Assembly: GCA_045617945.1 (NCBI GenBank)
Contig: JAZLJS010000101.1
Span: forward strand, 11,529 to 75,528
DNA length: 64,000 bases
Direction: 5' to 3'
DNA from: Lachnospiraceae bacterium
Lineage (GTDB): Bacteria; Bacillota; Clostridia; Lachnospirales; Lachnospiraceae
The translations under genes were made by a program, and so were the position numbers. The notes beneath the pieces are model-generated. The model worked only from the letters and a program-made list of their open reading frames with translations, was not told where the DNA came from and did not search any database. Shown piece after piece: positions 1 to 9,527 of the stretch; the first letter of the stretch is position 1, and the number at the start of each line of letters is the position of its first letter.

Positions 1-5
1 GAACA

Positions 6-2498
6 TTGTATGTTCGTAATCCTTCAGATGACAGCCGCACAAAGATAGTTGGACAATCCAAAACGCGTATTGAACTTACTCAGATTACGACAGCGGAATT
101 TATCGGTCACATAGAGGATTTGAATGCACATTACGATATGATTTATATCGGCTTAAATACCGGTGCAGGAATGACCAATCCTGTCGGCCGTATGAATACG
201 ATTACCGAAACGGACGGAACCGTACGGACAGATTATAACGACAGTAATATGAATTCCCTCATTTATTCGCATATGGGTGATTCGGTGCAGTCAAGTAACG
301 GAATGGGTCTATCAGGCGAATACCGTTACAGCGGAAATGATCTGACGGAAGAGAAGAAAAACGCATTGATTGAATATATCAAAGCGGGATTCCCGATATG
401 CCTGGCGGATGACTTTATCATTACCGAAGAGAAGACGGACGGAAGTACTAAAGAGAAGGTTAATGAGAAAGTTATTGATAATTCGTCCAACATGTATGAA
501 TTTGTTGCGAATGTGCTTGTTTCGGATTACGCATCTGATATGTTTGTCGTTTCCAATCTTACTTCAGACTTGTTCAATCTGTACCTGAATGATACCAATC
601 CGCTTCTTACGTTGGCGGATGATACACAGACCGCAACGGAAAACGTGATCCGCCTGACCAAGAAGGAAGACGGCAAGTACCACGCGATTATTGACTTTAT
701 CATTTACGAGAACGGTACGCAGGGATCATATGACTATGATTGCCGCCTGTATGCCGATACGAATATTGACGGCAAATTTGCCGATGCAAGCGGTGCCGGC
801 GAGAAGATTGTAATTACTCCATCGAACTTTGCGATACATAATATGAGCTCGGAGGGAGCCTCCTATCGTGACGGAAGATTCCGCTTAACACCGAATACAT
901 GGTACAGAGCCGATTATATTTTACCGGACGATTATGAAGGCTTGTTCCCGTGGCGTTTGCAGATTGTGCAGAATCGTGATGATGAATACGATGACAGACG
1001 TCGTGCGGATGCGGACGGATATTTTGAGGTGTTCTCGGAAGAGAAAACGCCGATCAGCATTTTGCAGCTTACAGCCGACCAGGGTTCGACATGGAACATG
1101 GAAGATTCGTATGCGGATACGGGCAGCAAGTTCTATCGCTATATGTCGGATGAACGTGTGAATTATGATGCAAGTATTACAACGCTTACTTTATCGGAAT
1201 TCTATACAAACGGTGGTGATGTACAGTCGATGCTTGCATATATGAATGGGTTTGATGTTGTTGTAATCGGATGTGCCAATGCCTACACCGGATTAACGGG
1301 TGAGGCCAAGTCGGCTATATACGAGTATATGCGTGCGGGTCGAAGCATTGTGTTTACGAATGATACGCTAGTGCCTGTAACTGCGGATATTCGTGACTTT
1401 CCGGGGGTGAACCGATTCTCGCATGACAAGACATATACGCCGCGCAGCAATCGGAATGAAACGTTGGAGGATGGCGCCGGTTACACGTACGGATATTTGA
1501 ATTACGGTATTCATTCCTCCAAATATGCGAATCTTGCGGACATCAAGACCGGTAGTGCCGAGTATGACAGAATGTTTGCGGATAATGTGAACAAAGGTCA
1601 GCTTATGATGTATCCTTATACGATTTCCGAACGTATAGATATCAGTACGGTGCATCCCGGCATTTATCAGCTGGATTTCATGCGGGATGATGATGCAGAC
1701 GGTAAAACGGACGTAACGGTCTGGTATACCATCGGCGGCTCTCAAAACACTGTGGAGAACGATGCATATAAGCGCAGTCCGAAGGATGCATCCAATAATT
1801 ACTACATGTTCAATAAGAGCAATATCAGCTATATGAATATCGGAAGCCGTGATGTGAACCTGTGTACCGATATGGAAATGAAGCTCTTTATTAATACGTT
1901 GATTGATACATATCGTGCAGGTGTGCATCCGCCGAAAGTTTCCATCGTGGAAAGTTATCACGAAGATGCGAGAAAAATACAGAATTTATACGTTTCATAT
2001 GATACAATTTATGCAACGTATACACAGAATATTCTGGATATTTCCGAGGATATGTATTTCAGAATCAAGGAAGTTCCTCTTACGGGCGTGAACGCAAAGT
2101 CACGCATCTCGTATTCTGCGAAGCTGTATGTGGAAGTTCCCGCCGGCACACCCGGTTGCGTCGTGCGCGGCTATCAGGGTAAGAACATTTATGCATTTCC
2201 GCTTGAAATAACAGAATTGTATTATCTGGCAGATGACGGCGTAACAGAGATTCCGGTTACGGATCTTAATAATCTTCTGCCCGAGAAGAATTACAAAACC
2301 AAGATTCCGATTCAGATTCTGGCTTCGGCCAATATGCTGTGGGATGAAACGGGCACGAATGCGATGACGCTCAATACCCGTCGTTTCTTTGTGGAAGCCA
2401 TTGAAAAGGTGGAGAATGATTATACCCACGCCAGCTTCAATCTGACGGCGCTTGACGATGCGAATCTTGTTCGTGTACAGATGTTTGATTTGGATTAA
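6..2498 (+). CDS. C-terminal 830+ aa of a large protein of unknown function (5' end probably outside the window)
   Basis: Longest ORF here, and the frame stays open to the window edge (first listed codon is TTG). Segments DMIYIGLN and FDVVVIGCANAY...AGRSIVFTND look like a GATase1/ThuA-like strand-helix pattern. No catalytic motif recognised. Confidence 0.6.
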   Translation: MYVRNPSDDSRTKIVGQSKTRIELTQITTAEFIGHIEDLNAHYDMIYIGLNTGAGMTNPVGRMNTITETDGTVRTDYNDSNMNSLIYSHMGDSVQSSNGMGLSGEYRYSGNDLTEEKKNALIEYIKAGFPICLADDFIITEEKTDGSTKEKVNEKVIDNSSNMYEFVANVLVSDYASDMFVVSNLTSDLFNLYLNDTNPLLTLADDTQTATENVIRLTKKEDGKYHAIIDFIIYENGTQGSYDYDCRLYADTNIDGKFADASGAGEKIVITPSNFAIHNMSSEGASYRDGRFRLTPNTWYRADYILPDDYEGLFPWRLQIVQNRDDEYDDRRRADADGYFEVFSEEKTPISILQLTADQGSTWNMEDSYADTGSKFYRYMSDERVNYDASITTLTLSEFYTNGGDVQSMLAYMNGFDVVVIGCANAYTGLTGEAKSAIYEYMRAGRSIVFTNDTLVPVTADIRDFPGVNRFSHDKTYTPRSNRNETLEDGAGYTYGYLNYGIHSSKYANLADIKTGSAEYDRMFADNVNKGQLMMYPYTISERIDISTVHPGIYQLDFMRDDDADGKTDVTVWYTIGGSQNTVENDAYKRSPKDASNNYYMFNKSNISYMNIGSRDVNLCTDMEMKLFINTLIDTYRAGVHPPKVSIVESYHEDARKIQNLYVSYDTIYATYTQNILDISEDMYFRIKEVPLTGVNAKSRISYSAKLYVEVPAGTPGCVVRGYQGKNIYAFPLEITELYYLADDGVTEIPVTDLNNLLPEKNYKTKIPIQILASANMLWDETGTNAMTLNTRRFFVEAIEKVENDYTHASFNLTALDDANLVRVQMFDLD

Positions 2499-2553
2499 AG
2501 GGATTGCTTTTGTAAGATTGTATTTGATTTGGATTAAAGGGATTGCTTTTGTA
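2484..2553. repeat. Tandem duplication, 31-nt exact copies with a 39-bp period
   Basis: TTTGATTTGGATTAAAGGGATTGCTTTTGTA occurs at 2484-2514 and 2523-2553. Copy 1 contains the TAA stop of the upstream ORF. Copy 2 ends on the A of the ATG at 2553. Confidence 0.9.
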
Positions 2554-3509
2554 TGATCGTGTTTCGTTTGCCTAAGGCATTAAGCCTTCAATATGAAAAG
2601 TCAATAGCAAGCTTTTACGACAATTTCGCCATGGACGGAACCTGCGTTATTATCGGAAACGAGCTGTTTGTTCTGGGTAATCCGCAAACTGTGCAGTTCC
2701 GTTTTAAACGACGCAAGGTGGATTATATGCATCCCGCAAGCGAGTGGGTATTTGATGCGAACCACAAGATTGGGCTTTTTGAGGAAGGCTCTATAAAGGA
2801 GCAGGTCCTGCAATGGATATTGATGCAGATTCGTATCTGGCAGCAGGTGGAACCGTTTGCGAACGAATATATGGCAGGAGCACTCCTTACGAAACTGAAC
2901 AAAGCACTCAAACCGTATGGCATTACGGCGGAAGGCTATTACGATGCGGGCGAGGAGCAGAGTTATGTGGCGTTCTTGTTTTGCGGTCAGGCATTTACTC
3001 TTGAAGAAATATTGAATATACTTGATGCAACGGATTATGCGAAGATGACCATGTTGCGTCGTAAAGCGGATTTGATGGAAGGTGAGCATTTGGCTGCACT
3101 TGGCAGACATGAGGATGCTATTCCGTATTTCCGCAAAGTGACGGATTTCGAAGAAGACGATTCGATAATGTATACGCTTGCAAACTTTGATCTGGGGGAT
3201 GCACTTTATTTTACGGATGATTGTGAGGGTGCTATTGCGGCATACAGAAAGTGTCGACTTCAGTACATTTCAGATCTGGATACATACTATATTCATATGG
3301 GACATGCATGTTTGGATGACCATATGAGAGAACATACGCAGATGGTAAAGGCGTATTGCCGTGGACAGTGGTGTGAGGCATACAGAAGTTCACATGTTGA
3401 GGATTACTGGCCTGCGAAACAGGAACTTGCGGATGATTGGGAAGACTATGAGAAGCAGTGTCTTACCATAGGAAAGTCAAAGGGGGCAAAGAGAGAAAAT
3501 GGCAGATGA
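2553..3509 (+). CDS. Hypothetical protein, possibly TPR-like in its C-terminal half
   Basis: 318-aa ORF with no competing frame. Helical-repeat-like stretches (LAALGRHEDAIPYFRKV, GDALYFTDDCEGAIAAYRKC). Its end overlaps the next ORF start by 11 nt. Confidence 0.55.
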   Translation: MIVFRLPKALSLQYEKSIASFYDNFAMDGTCVIIGNELFVLGNPQTVQFRFKRRKVDYMHPASEWVFDANHKIGLFEEGSIKEQVLQWILMQIRIWQQVEPFANEYMAGALLTKLNKALKPYGITAEGYYDAGEEQSYVAFLFCGQAFTLEEILNILDATDYAKMTMLRRKADLMEGEHLAALGRHEDAIPYFRKVTDFEEDDSIMYTLANFDLGDALYFTDDCEGAIAAYRKCRLQYISDLDTYYIHMGHACLDDHMREHTQMVKAYCRGQWCEAYRSSHVEDYWPAKQELADDWEDYEKQCLTIGKSKGAKRENGR

Positions 3510-4011
3510 CATTTTTTTACAGTTAGCGAATTTGGCCAAAACAAGTACATTTACAGTTGAAGAGTCTATCGAGGCGGCACATGATTATATTAGTACGGAT
3601 GAAATGATTGTACCGGATATCAAGCCGAAGAAGGCAGAGAACGGACGCCCGACGATTCTTGTAATTGATGATGACTTTTCTACGATTGATTTGATGAAGA
3701 TTTATTTGCAGCGCGATTACGAATATGTAGCGTATGCCAATCCGAAGGAAGCAATCTTCTATCTGAACAATCATATTCCCGACCTGATATTTATTGACAG
3801 TTACCTGACCATGATTAATACGCGCAAGGTTATGGATATTATTTGCAGCTATAAAGAATTGAGTGAGGTGCCGATATATTATCTGTGTGATTCGACGGAG
3901 ATTGGTGCCATTACGACGAAGTTACCTTCCCGCGTGAAGGCATGTATTTCACGACCGGTGAATCGCGGAGAATTGCAGGCGATTCTAGATGTGGAAGTGA
4001 AAGTAAAATAG
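3499..4011 (+). CDS. Atypical stand-alone receiver (REC)-like protein
   Basis: ILVIDDD acidic pair and DLIFIDSY phospho-acceptor-like Asp are present. The usual K-P of beta5 reads SRP. About 50 aa of N-terminal extension. Start overlaps the previous gene. Confidence 0.6.
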   Translation: MADDIFLQLANLAKTSTFTVEESIEAAHDYISTDEMIVPDIKPKKAENGRPTILVIDDDFSTIDLMKIYLQRDYEYVAYANPKEAIFYLNNHIPDLIFIDSYLTMINTRKVMDIICSYKELSEVPIYYLCDSTEIGAITTKLPSRVKACISRPVNRGELQAILDVEVKVK

Positions 4012-4108
4012 CGTCGGAAGCGTACATTTTTATTTTATTTTTACGGAGCGTATGATAGAATACACTTATAATTCTACACATTAATTCGTCAAAGTGATGA
4101 GGTGCCTT

Positions 4109-4462
4109 ATGGATTTACATGAATTTTATAAGGCTGTTGACGGCAGTTACGATGAGGTAATGGGTCGTCTGGCCAAAGAAGATCGTATTAAGAAATATGT
4201 GAAGATGTTTGAATCAGCCGAAGATTATAAGGAAATGCTTGCTGCACTTGCAGAGCAGCGTTACGAGGATGCGTTTCGCAGCGTCCATAATCTAAAAGGC
4301 GTTTCTCTTAATCTTGGTTTGGGTTGTCTGCAGAGCGTTAGCAGTGAGCTGTGTGAGCAACTGCGTCATGGTGCGCCTTCTTGCGATATTACCGCTATGG
4401 TAGATGCTGTTTCGGCTGCATATGAGAAGGTTATTGCGAATATTCAGAATTTGGATGTATAG
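4109..4462 (+). CDS. Histidine phosphotransfer (Hpt) domain protein
   Basis: Hpt signature VHNLKGVSLNLG (HxLKGxxxxxG). The ATG at 4109 is preceded by GAGGTG. The ORF track's longer start at 4094 is GTG. Confidence 0.75.
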   Translation: MDLHEFYKAVDGSYDEVMGRLAKEDRIKKYVKMFESAEDYKEMLAALAEQRYEDAFRSVHNLKGVSLNLGLGCLQSVSSELCEQLRHGAPSCDITAMVDAVSAAYEKVIANIQNLDV

Positions 4463-4471
4463 ACATGAATA

Positions 4472-4498
4472 CCGGTAGGCTTTCCTACCGGCATTTTT
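4472..4498 (+). terminator. Rho-independent terminator-like hairpin
   Basis: CCGGTAGG-cttt-CCTACCGG followed by CATTTTT, 10 nt after the Hpt stop. Confidence 0.6.
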
Positions 4499-4525
4499 GG
4501 ATAACAATAATAGGAGATTACATTA

Positions 4526-5602
4526 GTGGAAAAGATTCTTGTAATTGACGATATGGAAATCAATTTGGAGATTCTGGAAGGGATTCTGGAGGATTATTAT
4601 TGTGTCCTTAAGGCGCATGACGGATTGGAAGCAGTACAGTTGTTAGATGAGAATCCGGATATTTCTTTGATGCTTTTGGATTTGTGCATGCCCAGAATGG
4701 ATGGCTTTGGTGTGATGAATGCCATGAAGGAAAGCGGTATGTTGGGACGTATTCCCATCATCGTCATCACGGGTGATGACTCTCTTGACAATGAGAGGCG
4801 ATGCTATGACTATGGTGTGAGTGACTTTATACGTAAGCCGTTTAACAGTACGATTGTACGTCTCAGAGTCGGAAATATCGTCAAACTGTATTCTTACAAG
4901 AACAGTTTGGAGGATACGGTTGCGGAACAGACCGAAGATCTGAAGAAACAGTATCTGTTGGTAAAGGAACAGGCTACAAAGCTTGTCGAATCCAATCAGA
5001 AGATTATCGATATTCTCGGTACTGTCGTTGAATCTCGTAATTTAGAGAGCGGACAGCATATTCAGCGTGTGAAGAATTATACTGAGATTCTTGCGAAACA
5101 GGTGATGGCGGATTGTCCGGAATATGGGATTACACAGCATGCGATTGATGTAATGGTTCCTGCGAGTGCACTTCACGATGTCGGTAAGATTGCGATTCCC
5201 GACAATATTCTTTTGAAGCCGGGTCGATTAACTTCCGAGGAATTCGATGTTATGAAAAGTCATACAATCAGGGGTTGTGAGATACTGGATAATATTAAAG
5301 GTGCCTGGGATAAAGAGTACGCCAGAATGAGTTATGAGATTTGTCGCTATCATCACGAGAAATACGACGGCAAGGGTTATCCTGACGGTTTGGTAGGGGA
5401 CGATATTCCCATTGCGGCACAGATTGTATCTGTTGCAGATATATATGATGCTCTCGTGAATGAACGTTGCTATAAGGATGCTTTTTCCAAAGAAAAAGCT
5501 TTTGAAATGATAACGCAGGGAGAGTGCGGTGCATTTTCAGATAAACTTATGAATGCGTTTTCAAAGGTGCGCGAAGAGTTTGAAAAGGTTACGGTCGGAT
5601 AG
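4526..5602 (+). CDS. Response regulator with HD-GYP c-di-GMP phosphodiesterase domain (RpfG type)
   Basis: REC motifs (ILVIDD, LMLLDLCMPRMDG, IRKP). HD-GYP motifs ALHDVGKIAIPD and HHEKYDGKGYPDG. GTG start 9 nt after AGGAG. Confidence 0.85.
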   Translation: MEKILVIDDMEINLEILEGILEDYYCVLKAHDGLEAVQLLDENPDISLMLLDLCMPRMDGFGVMNAMKESGMLGRIPIIVITGDDSLDNERRCYDYGVSDFIRKPFNSTIVRLRVGNIVKLYSYKNSLEDTVAEQTEDLKKQYLLVKEQATKLVESNQKIIDILGTVVESRNLESGQHIQRVKNYTEILAKQVMADCPEYGITQHAIDVMVPASALHDVGKIAIPDNILLKPGRLTSEEFDVMKSHTIRGCEILDNIKGAWDKEYARMSYEICRYHHEKYDGKGYPDGLVGDDIPIAAQIVSVADIYDALVNERCYKDAFSKEKAFEMITQGECGAFSDKLMNAFSKVREEFEKVTVG

Positions 5603-5647
5603 AATGATTGGTGCTTTTGGTGACTTTCTGACGGGGGATAGGGAATA

Positions 5648-7966
5648 ATGGTAAATGTTGGTGTGTTATATGCAATCACAGCCGGTGTGGCTGCTATGGT
5701 GGTTGCAGTAATTTATAATCGTTTGAATGCAACAGGGTTTAAGGATCAGATTGATCAGAAACTGAGTTATTTGATCCGTTTTGTTCTTATATTCTGTATG
5801 GTTGATATGCTTTGGGGACTGTTGACGGCCAGATTGCATCCTGTTCTGATTAATCAATTCCTTTATTCGATATTTACGTATGCGTTTCATTGCGGTGCAG
5901 CTTTATCCTCATTTTTATGGTTCGGATATGTTATCCATTATTTGGATGAAGAACGTGCTGCTTCCATGAAAGTGTTGAATATTATTCGCGGAACGCTTTT
6001 GACAGTTCAGTTCTTGATTTTGATCAGTAATTTGTGGAATCACAAGTTCTTTTCCATTGATGCGGATGCACAGTACCATTCATATGTTTTGCGCAATACT
6101 ATGTTTTATCTTCAGTTTGCGTATTATATCGGACTTATTCTCAACGGAATCATTAAATGGATTTATTATGGCCGTAAGGGCAGAGTAGATCGTGTGTCGA
6201 AATACAAGACATCTATACTTTATTCCTGCGTTCCGTTGGCATTTGGTGTCGGCCAGATGTTATGGCCGGATGCAAGTATGTATTCGTTGGGATTTATGCT
6301 TACCTGTACGTTAATCTATTCGTTTAGTATTACTTCCGAAAGAGAAGGATATTTGCGTGACTTTTACAAGAAAGAAAACAGTAAGCTGATGGAACTGGCA
6401 GCAGGTCTTTCCGACGATAGTGAAGCGGTATATTTCGTGAATCTGGAAACAAATGAATACGAGACATATATCAACAGCCGAAATTACCAGGATGGGGTTA
6501 ATGCCAAGATTAATCACGGTAAGGATTTCTTCGAAGACCTGAAGAGTAATATCGGTATGGTTATTGCTCCCGAAGATCGGGATATGGTCACGAAAATGCT
6601 TATGAAGGAGTATGTTTTGGAAGAACTTTCGACCAAGCCTTCTTTTAGTTTTAACTACAAAATTGATGTGAATGGGCAGGAAAGGTATTATCTGATGAAG
6701 ATAGTCAAGCCTGTCGAAATGTCCGGTAAAAATATTGTTATCGGTGTATTTGATGATGATGAACGTGTCAGAAGCGAGATAGAACAACGCAGTCGTCTGC
6801 AGGAGGCGATGGAGCAGGCGGAACGTGCCAACCAGGCCAAGACGAACTTCCTGTTTAATATGAGCCATGATATTCGTACACCCATGAATGCGATTTTGGG
6901 ATTTACGGATCTTGCCAAGAAGCATATGGATGATCCGAAGTATTTATTGGATTGCCTGGATAAAGTGTCTGTATCCGGCAATCATCTGCTGGCATTGATT
7001 AATGATGTTCTTGATATGTCCCGTATTGAATCCGGTAAGCTTGTGATTAATTCCAAGAATGAGAATATTCGGGAACAAAGTGAAGAAATCGTCTCCATTA
7101 TGAAAGAGCTGGCGATTGCCAAGAGCATTGCGTTTAATCCGATTTATAAGGATTTGACGACGGAGTATGTTGTATGTGATGCGCTCCATTTGAATAAGAT
7201 TTTGATGAATATTCTTTCCAATGCAATAAAGTATACGCCGATGGGTGGACGTGTGGATTATATTATGGAGCAGATGCCAAATGATAATCCCGATAAGGCA
7301 ACGTTTAGGTTTGTTGTGCAGGATACCGGCGTAGGAATGAGTAAGGAATTTCTGGAACATGTTTTTGATGAATTCGAGCGCGAGTATTCTGCCACATTAA
7401 GCGGCGTGGAAGGAACAGGTCTCGGAATGTCTATTGTTAAACAGCTGGTGGATATGATGCAGGGTACTATCAATATTCAGAGTATCCGTGGTATCGGTAC
7501 AACAGTTGAGTGTATATTGACTTTCCCGAAGGGTGAGGTAATTGCTTCACAAGAGGATCAACACCGTGAAGATGAATCTGTTGATTTCACGGGTAAGCGT
7601 ATTCTCCTTGTAGATGATAATATTCTGAATCGTGAAATTGCGAATGATATTTTGCAGGATATGGGGGTTGAAGTTGAAACGGCCGATGACGGTGTAGATG
7701 CATGTGAGATGGTAGAGGCTGCTGCTCCCGGTTATTATAACCTGATTCTGATGGATGTTCAGATGCCTCGTATGGACGGTTATCAGGCAACTCGGAATAT
7801 TCGTGCATTATCGAATCCGGAGCTGGCAAACATTCCTATCGTAGCCATGACCGCTAACGCATTTGAAGAGGACAAGAAGAATGCCTTCGATTCCGGTATG
7901 AATGCCCACCTTGCGAAGCCAATTCATGTTGATCGATTGACTGAAGTGCTGAAAAGATATTTGTAA
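5648..7966 (+). CDS. Hybrid sensor histidine kinase/response regulator with multi-TM N-terminus
   Basis: H-box MSHDIRTPMNAILGF, N-box NILSNAIKYTP, G-boxes QDTGVGMS and GTGLGMS. C-terminal REC (ILLVDDN, LILMDVQMPRMDG, HLAKP). Confidence 0.9.
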   Translation: MVNVGVLYAITAGVAAMVVAVIYNRLNATGFKDQIDQKLSYLIRFVLIFCMVDMLWGLLTARLHPVLINQFLYSIFTYAFHCGAALSSFLWFGYVIHYLDEERAASMKVLNIIRGTLLTVQFLILISNLWNHKFFSIDADAQYHSYVLRNTMFYLQFAYYIGLILNGIIKWIYYGRKGRVDRVSKYKTSILYSCVPLAFGVGQMLWPDASMYSLGFMLTCTLIYSFSITSEREGYLRDFYKKENSKLMELAAGLSDDSEAVYFVNLETNEYETYINSRNYQDGVNAKINHGKDFFEDLKSNIGMVIAPEDRDMVTKMLMKEYVLEELSTKPSFSFNYKIDVNGQERYYLMKIVKPVEMSGKNIVIGVFDDDERVRSEIEQRSRLQEAMEQAERANQAKTNFLFNMSHDIRTPMNAILGFTDLAKKHMDDPKYLLDCLDKVSVSGNHLLALINDVLDMSRIESGKLVINSKNENIREQSEEIVSIMKELAIAKSIAFNPIYKDLTTEYVVCDALHLNKILMNILSNAIKYTPMGGRVDYIMEQMPNDNPDKATFRFVVQDTGVGMSKEFLEHVFDEFEREYSATLSGVEGTGLGMSIVKQLVDMMQGTINIQSIRGIGTTVECILTFPKGEVIASQEDQHREDESVDFTGKRILLVDDNILNREIANDILQDMGVEVETADDGVDACEMVEAAAPGYYNLILMDVQMPRMDGYQATRNIRALSNPELANIPIVAMTANAFEEDKKNAFDSGMNAHLAKPIHVDRLTEVLKRYL

Positions 7967-8072
7967 GGGTTGTGGATGGTGAAAGGCATACAGATGTTGC
8001 AAGGGTTGTGAATGGTGAAGGCATACAGATGTTGCGAGGGTTGTGAATGGTGAAAGGACCATAGTGTTGTAG
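7967..8072. repeat. Tandem repeat, about 35-36 bp x 3
   Basis: GGGTTGTG(G/A)ATGGTGAA(A)GGCATACAGATGTTGC(A/G)A units start at 7967, 8003 and 8038. The first follows the kinase TAA stop directly. Confidence 0.85.
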
Positions 8073-8100
8073 GACTTCGCAATTGAGTTGAAATAAATTA

Positions 8101-8130
8101 AAAGGAGATGCAAAATGCATCTCCTTTTAT
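8101..8130. terminator. Bidirectional terminator hairpin between the kinase (+) and tRNA-Arg (-)
   Basis: AAAGGAGATGCA-aaa-TGCATCTCCTTT, with a T run on the + strand and an A run (T run on the - strand) on the other side. Confidence 0.7.
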
Positions 8131-8132
8131 AG

Positions 8133-8206
8133 CGTGTGCTAGAGGATTCGAACCCCCGACCTTTTGGTCCGTAGCCAAACGCTCTATCCAGCTGAGCTAA
8201 GCACAC
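8133..8206 (-). tRNA. tRNA-Arg (anticodon ACG)
   Basis: Hand-folded cloverleaf, 74 nt. Acceptor GTGTGCT/AGCACAC, D arm GCTC..GAGC, anticodon stem TTTGG/CCAAA with loop CTACGGA, T loop TTCGAAT. Confidence 0.9.
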
Positions 8207-8314
8207 ACGTTACTCATCAGCAACGTTGTTATATTAGCACAGAGACATTCGTTCGTCAAGGATGAATTACATTCGACATATCTAAATCAAATGGTGGATT
8301 CTTTTTTTCAGAGA

Positions 8315-8423
8315 GATGAATCTATGCGGTTTCAAAGGATGGATTTATGCGGTTTTCAATGATGGATTTATGTGGTTTCAAAAGATGGATTTATGCGGTT
8401 TCAAAGGATGGATTTATGCGGTT
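8315..8423. repeat. Tandem repeat, 23 bp x about 4.7
   Basis: GATGGATTTATGCGGTTTCAAAG units at 8315, 8338, 8361, 8384 and 8407, with 0-4 mismatches per unit. Confidence 0.9.
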
Positions 8424-8475
8424 AAATGTTGCGCTGTGTTTTGATTATTTAGTGCTGTCTGTTGTATTACTTCAG

Positions 8476-8541
8476 CCTGGTGTGCATCTGGCGAGTATCT
8501 GGTGAGCGTCTGGTGAGTATCTGGTGAGCGTCTGATGAGTA
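8476..8541. repeat. Tandem repeat, 11 bp x 6 (22-bp higher order)
   Basis: TCTGGTGAG(C/T)(G/A) units run head to tail from 8476/8487 to 8541. Confidence 0.85.
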
Positions 8542-8641
8542 TTTGGTTATTTTGTTAAGGTTATGGTAAGATTATATTCAAGACACAGAAAGAATCTTTA
8601 TCCATAATTTAACAGTAAGAAGAAAAGAAAGGACGATTTAT

Positions 8642-9442
8642 ATGAAAAAAGAATTAAACGGAATAAAATTCTTTATGCCACTTATAGCTATTATTTGTGG
8701 ATTAGGTGGTGCATTTATTGCAGCAATTCCTCTGAAGTCTGATAATTTTGTTCTTTCCGAAAATCTGTTATCAATACTTCTGGAATCTGTTATTGTTGCC
8801 GTTACTATTTTTATAGCAATAAAATTTATACCTAAACTGTTTTCAAACTGCAGTAATTATTCAGTTAAAAAACCACAAGTTCCCATTATACTGGCTATAC
8901 TTCTCGTAATACCATTTATAAAAATACTTGAATATGATTTTATATATAAAATATCGTACGCAGAATCATCGAATATTGAAATACTACCGTTCATCGCTGA
9001 CTCTTTTCCGGAGACGCTTTTCGAGAGCATATCGGCTGTTTTATTAGCACCGGTATTGGAAGAACTTACCTTCAGATATATGGCATTAAGTCCATTCAAA
9101 AAACGCAGTTCCAGAATAATTGTACTAATCGTTGTTTCCTTAATATTTGGTCTTGTTCACAGTAGAAATTATATTGCAGTCACAATCGATGCCATTGTAT
9201 ATGGTATTATATTCCTCTCATCAAAGAACATAATCTATCCTATTATTTGCCATTCATTTTTCAATCTGACCAGTACAATATTTGGTATATTATCAACATT
9301 CAACATCACAAAAATAACATATACAAATGGTAGACCAATAGCTTTACTTTTTACTACAAATGCTCACATTTGCTTTGGTATATTGTTCTTTATTGGCATA
9401 ATTGTGTTGTGCTTATCCAACAAACGTAAATATTATATCTGA
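8642..9442 (+). CDS. CPBP family intramembrane glutamic endopeptidase (CAAX/Abi-type)
   Basis: Multi-TM protein with the three CPBP motifs: LEELTFRYM (EExxxR), FGLVHSRN (FxxxH), CHSFFNL (HxxxN). The gene is markedly AT-rich compared with its neighbours. Confidence 0.8.
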   Translation: MKKELNGIKFFMPLIAIICGLGGAFIAAIPLKSDNFVLSENLLSILLESVIVAVTIFIAIKFIPKLFSNCSNYSVKKPQVPIILAILLVIPFIKILEYDFIYKISYAESSNIEILPFIADSFPETLFESISAVLLAPVLEELTFRYMALSPFKKRSSRIIVLIVVSLIFGLVHSRNYIAVTIDAIVYGIIFLSSKNIIYPIICHSFFNLTSTIFGILSTFNITKITYTNGRPIALLFTTNAHICFGILFFIGIIVLCLSNKRKYYI

Positions 9443-9527
9443 ATGCAGTACATTCTGGAGTATCTCACCGGAAACGCTCGACTCGTAGAAATAGGATTCG
9501 GAGAATCACTCGTAGAAACACACTTTA

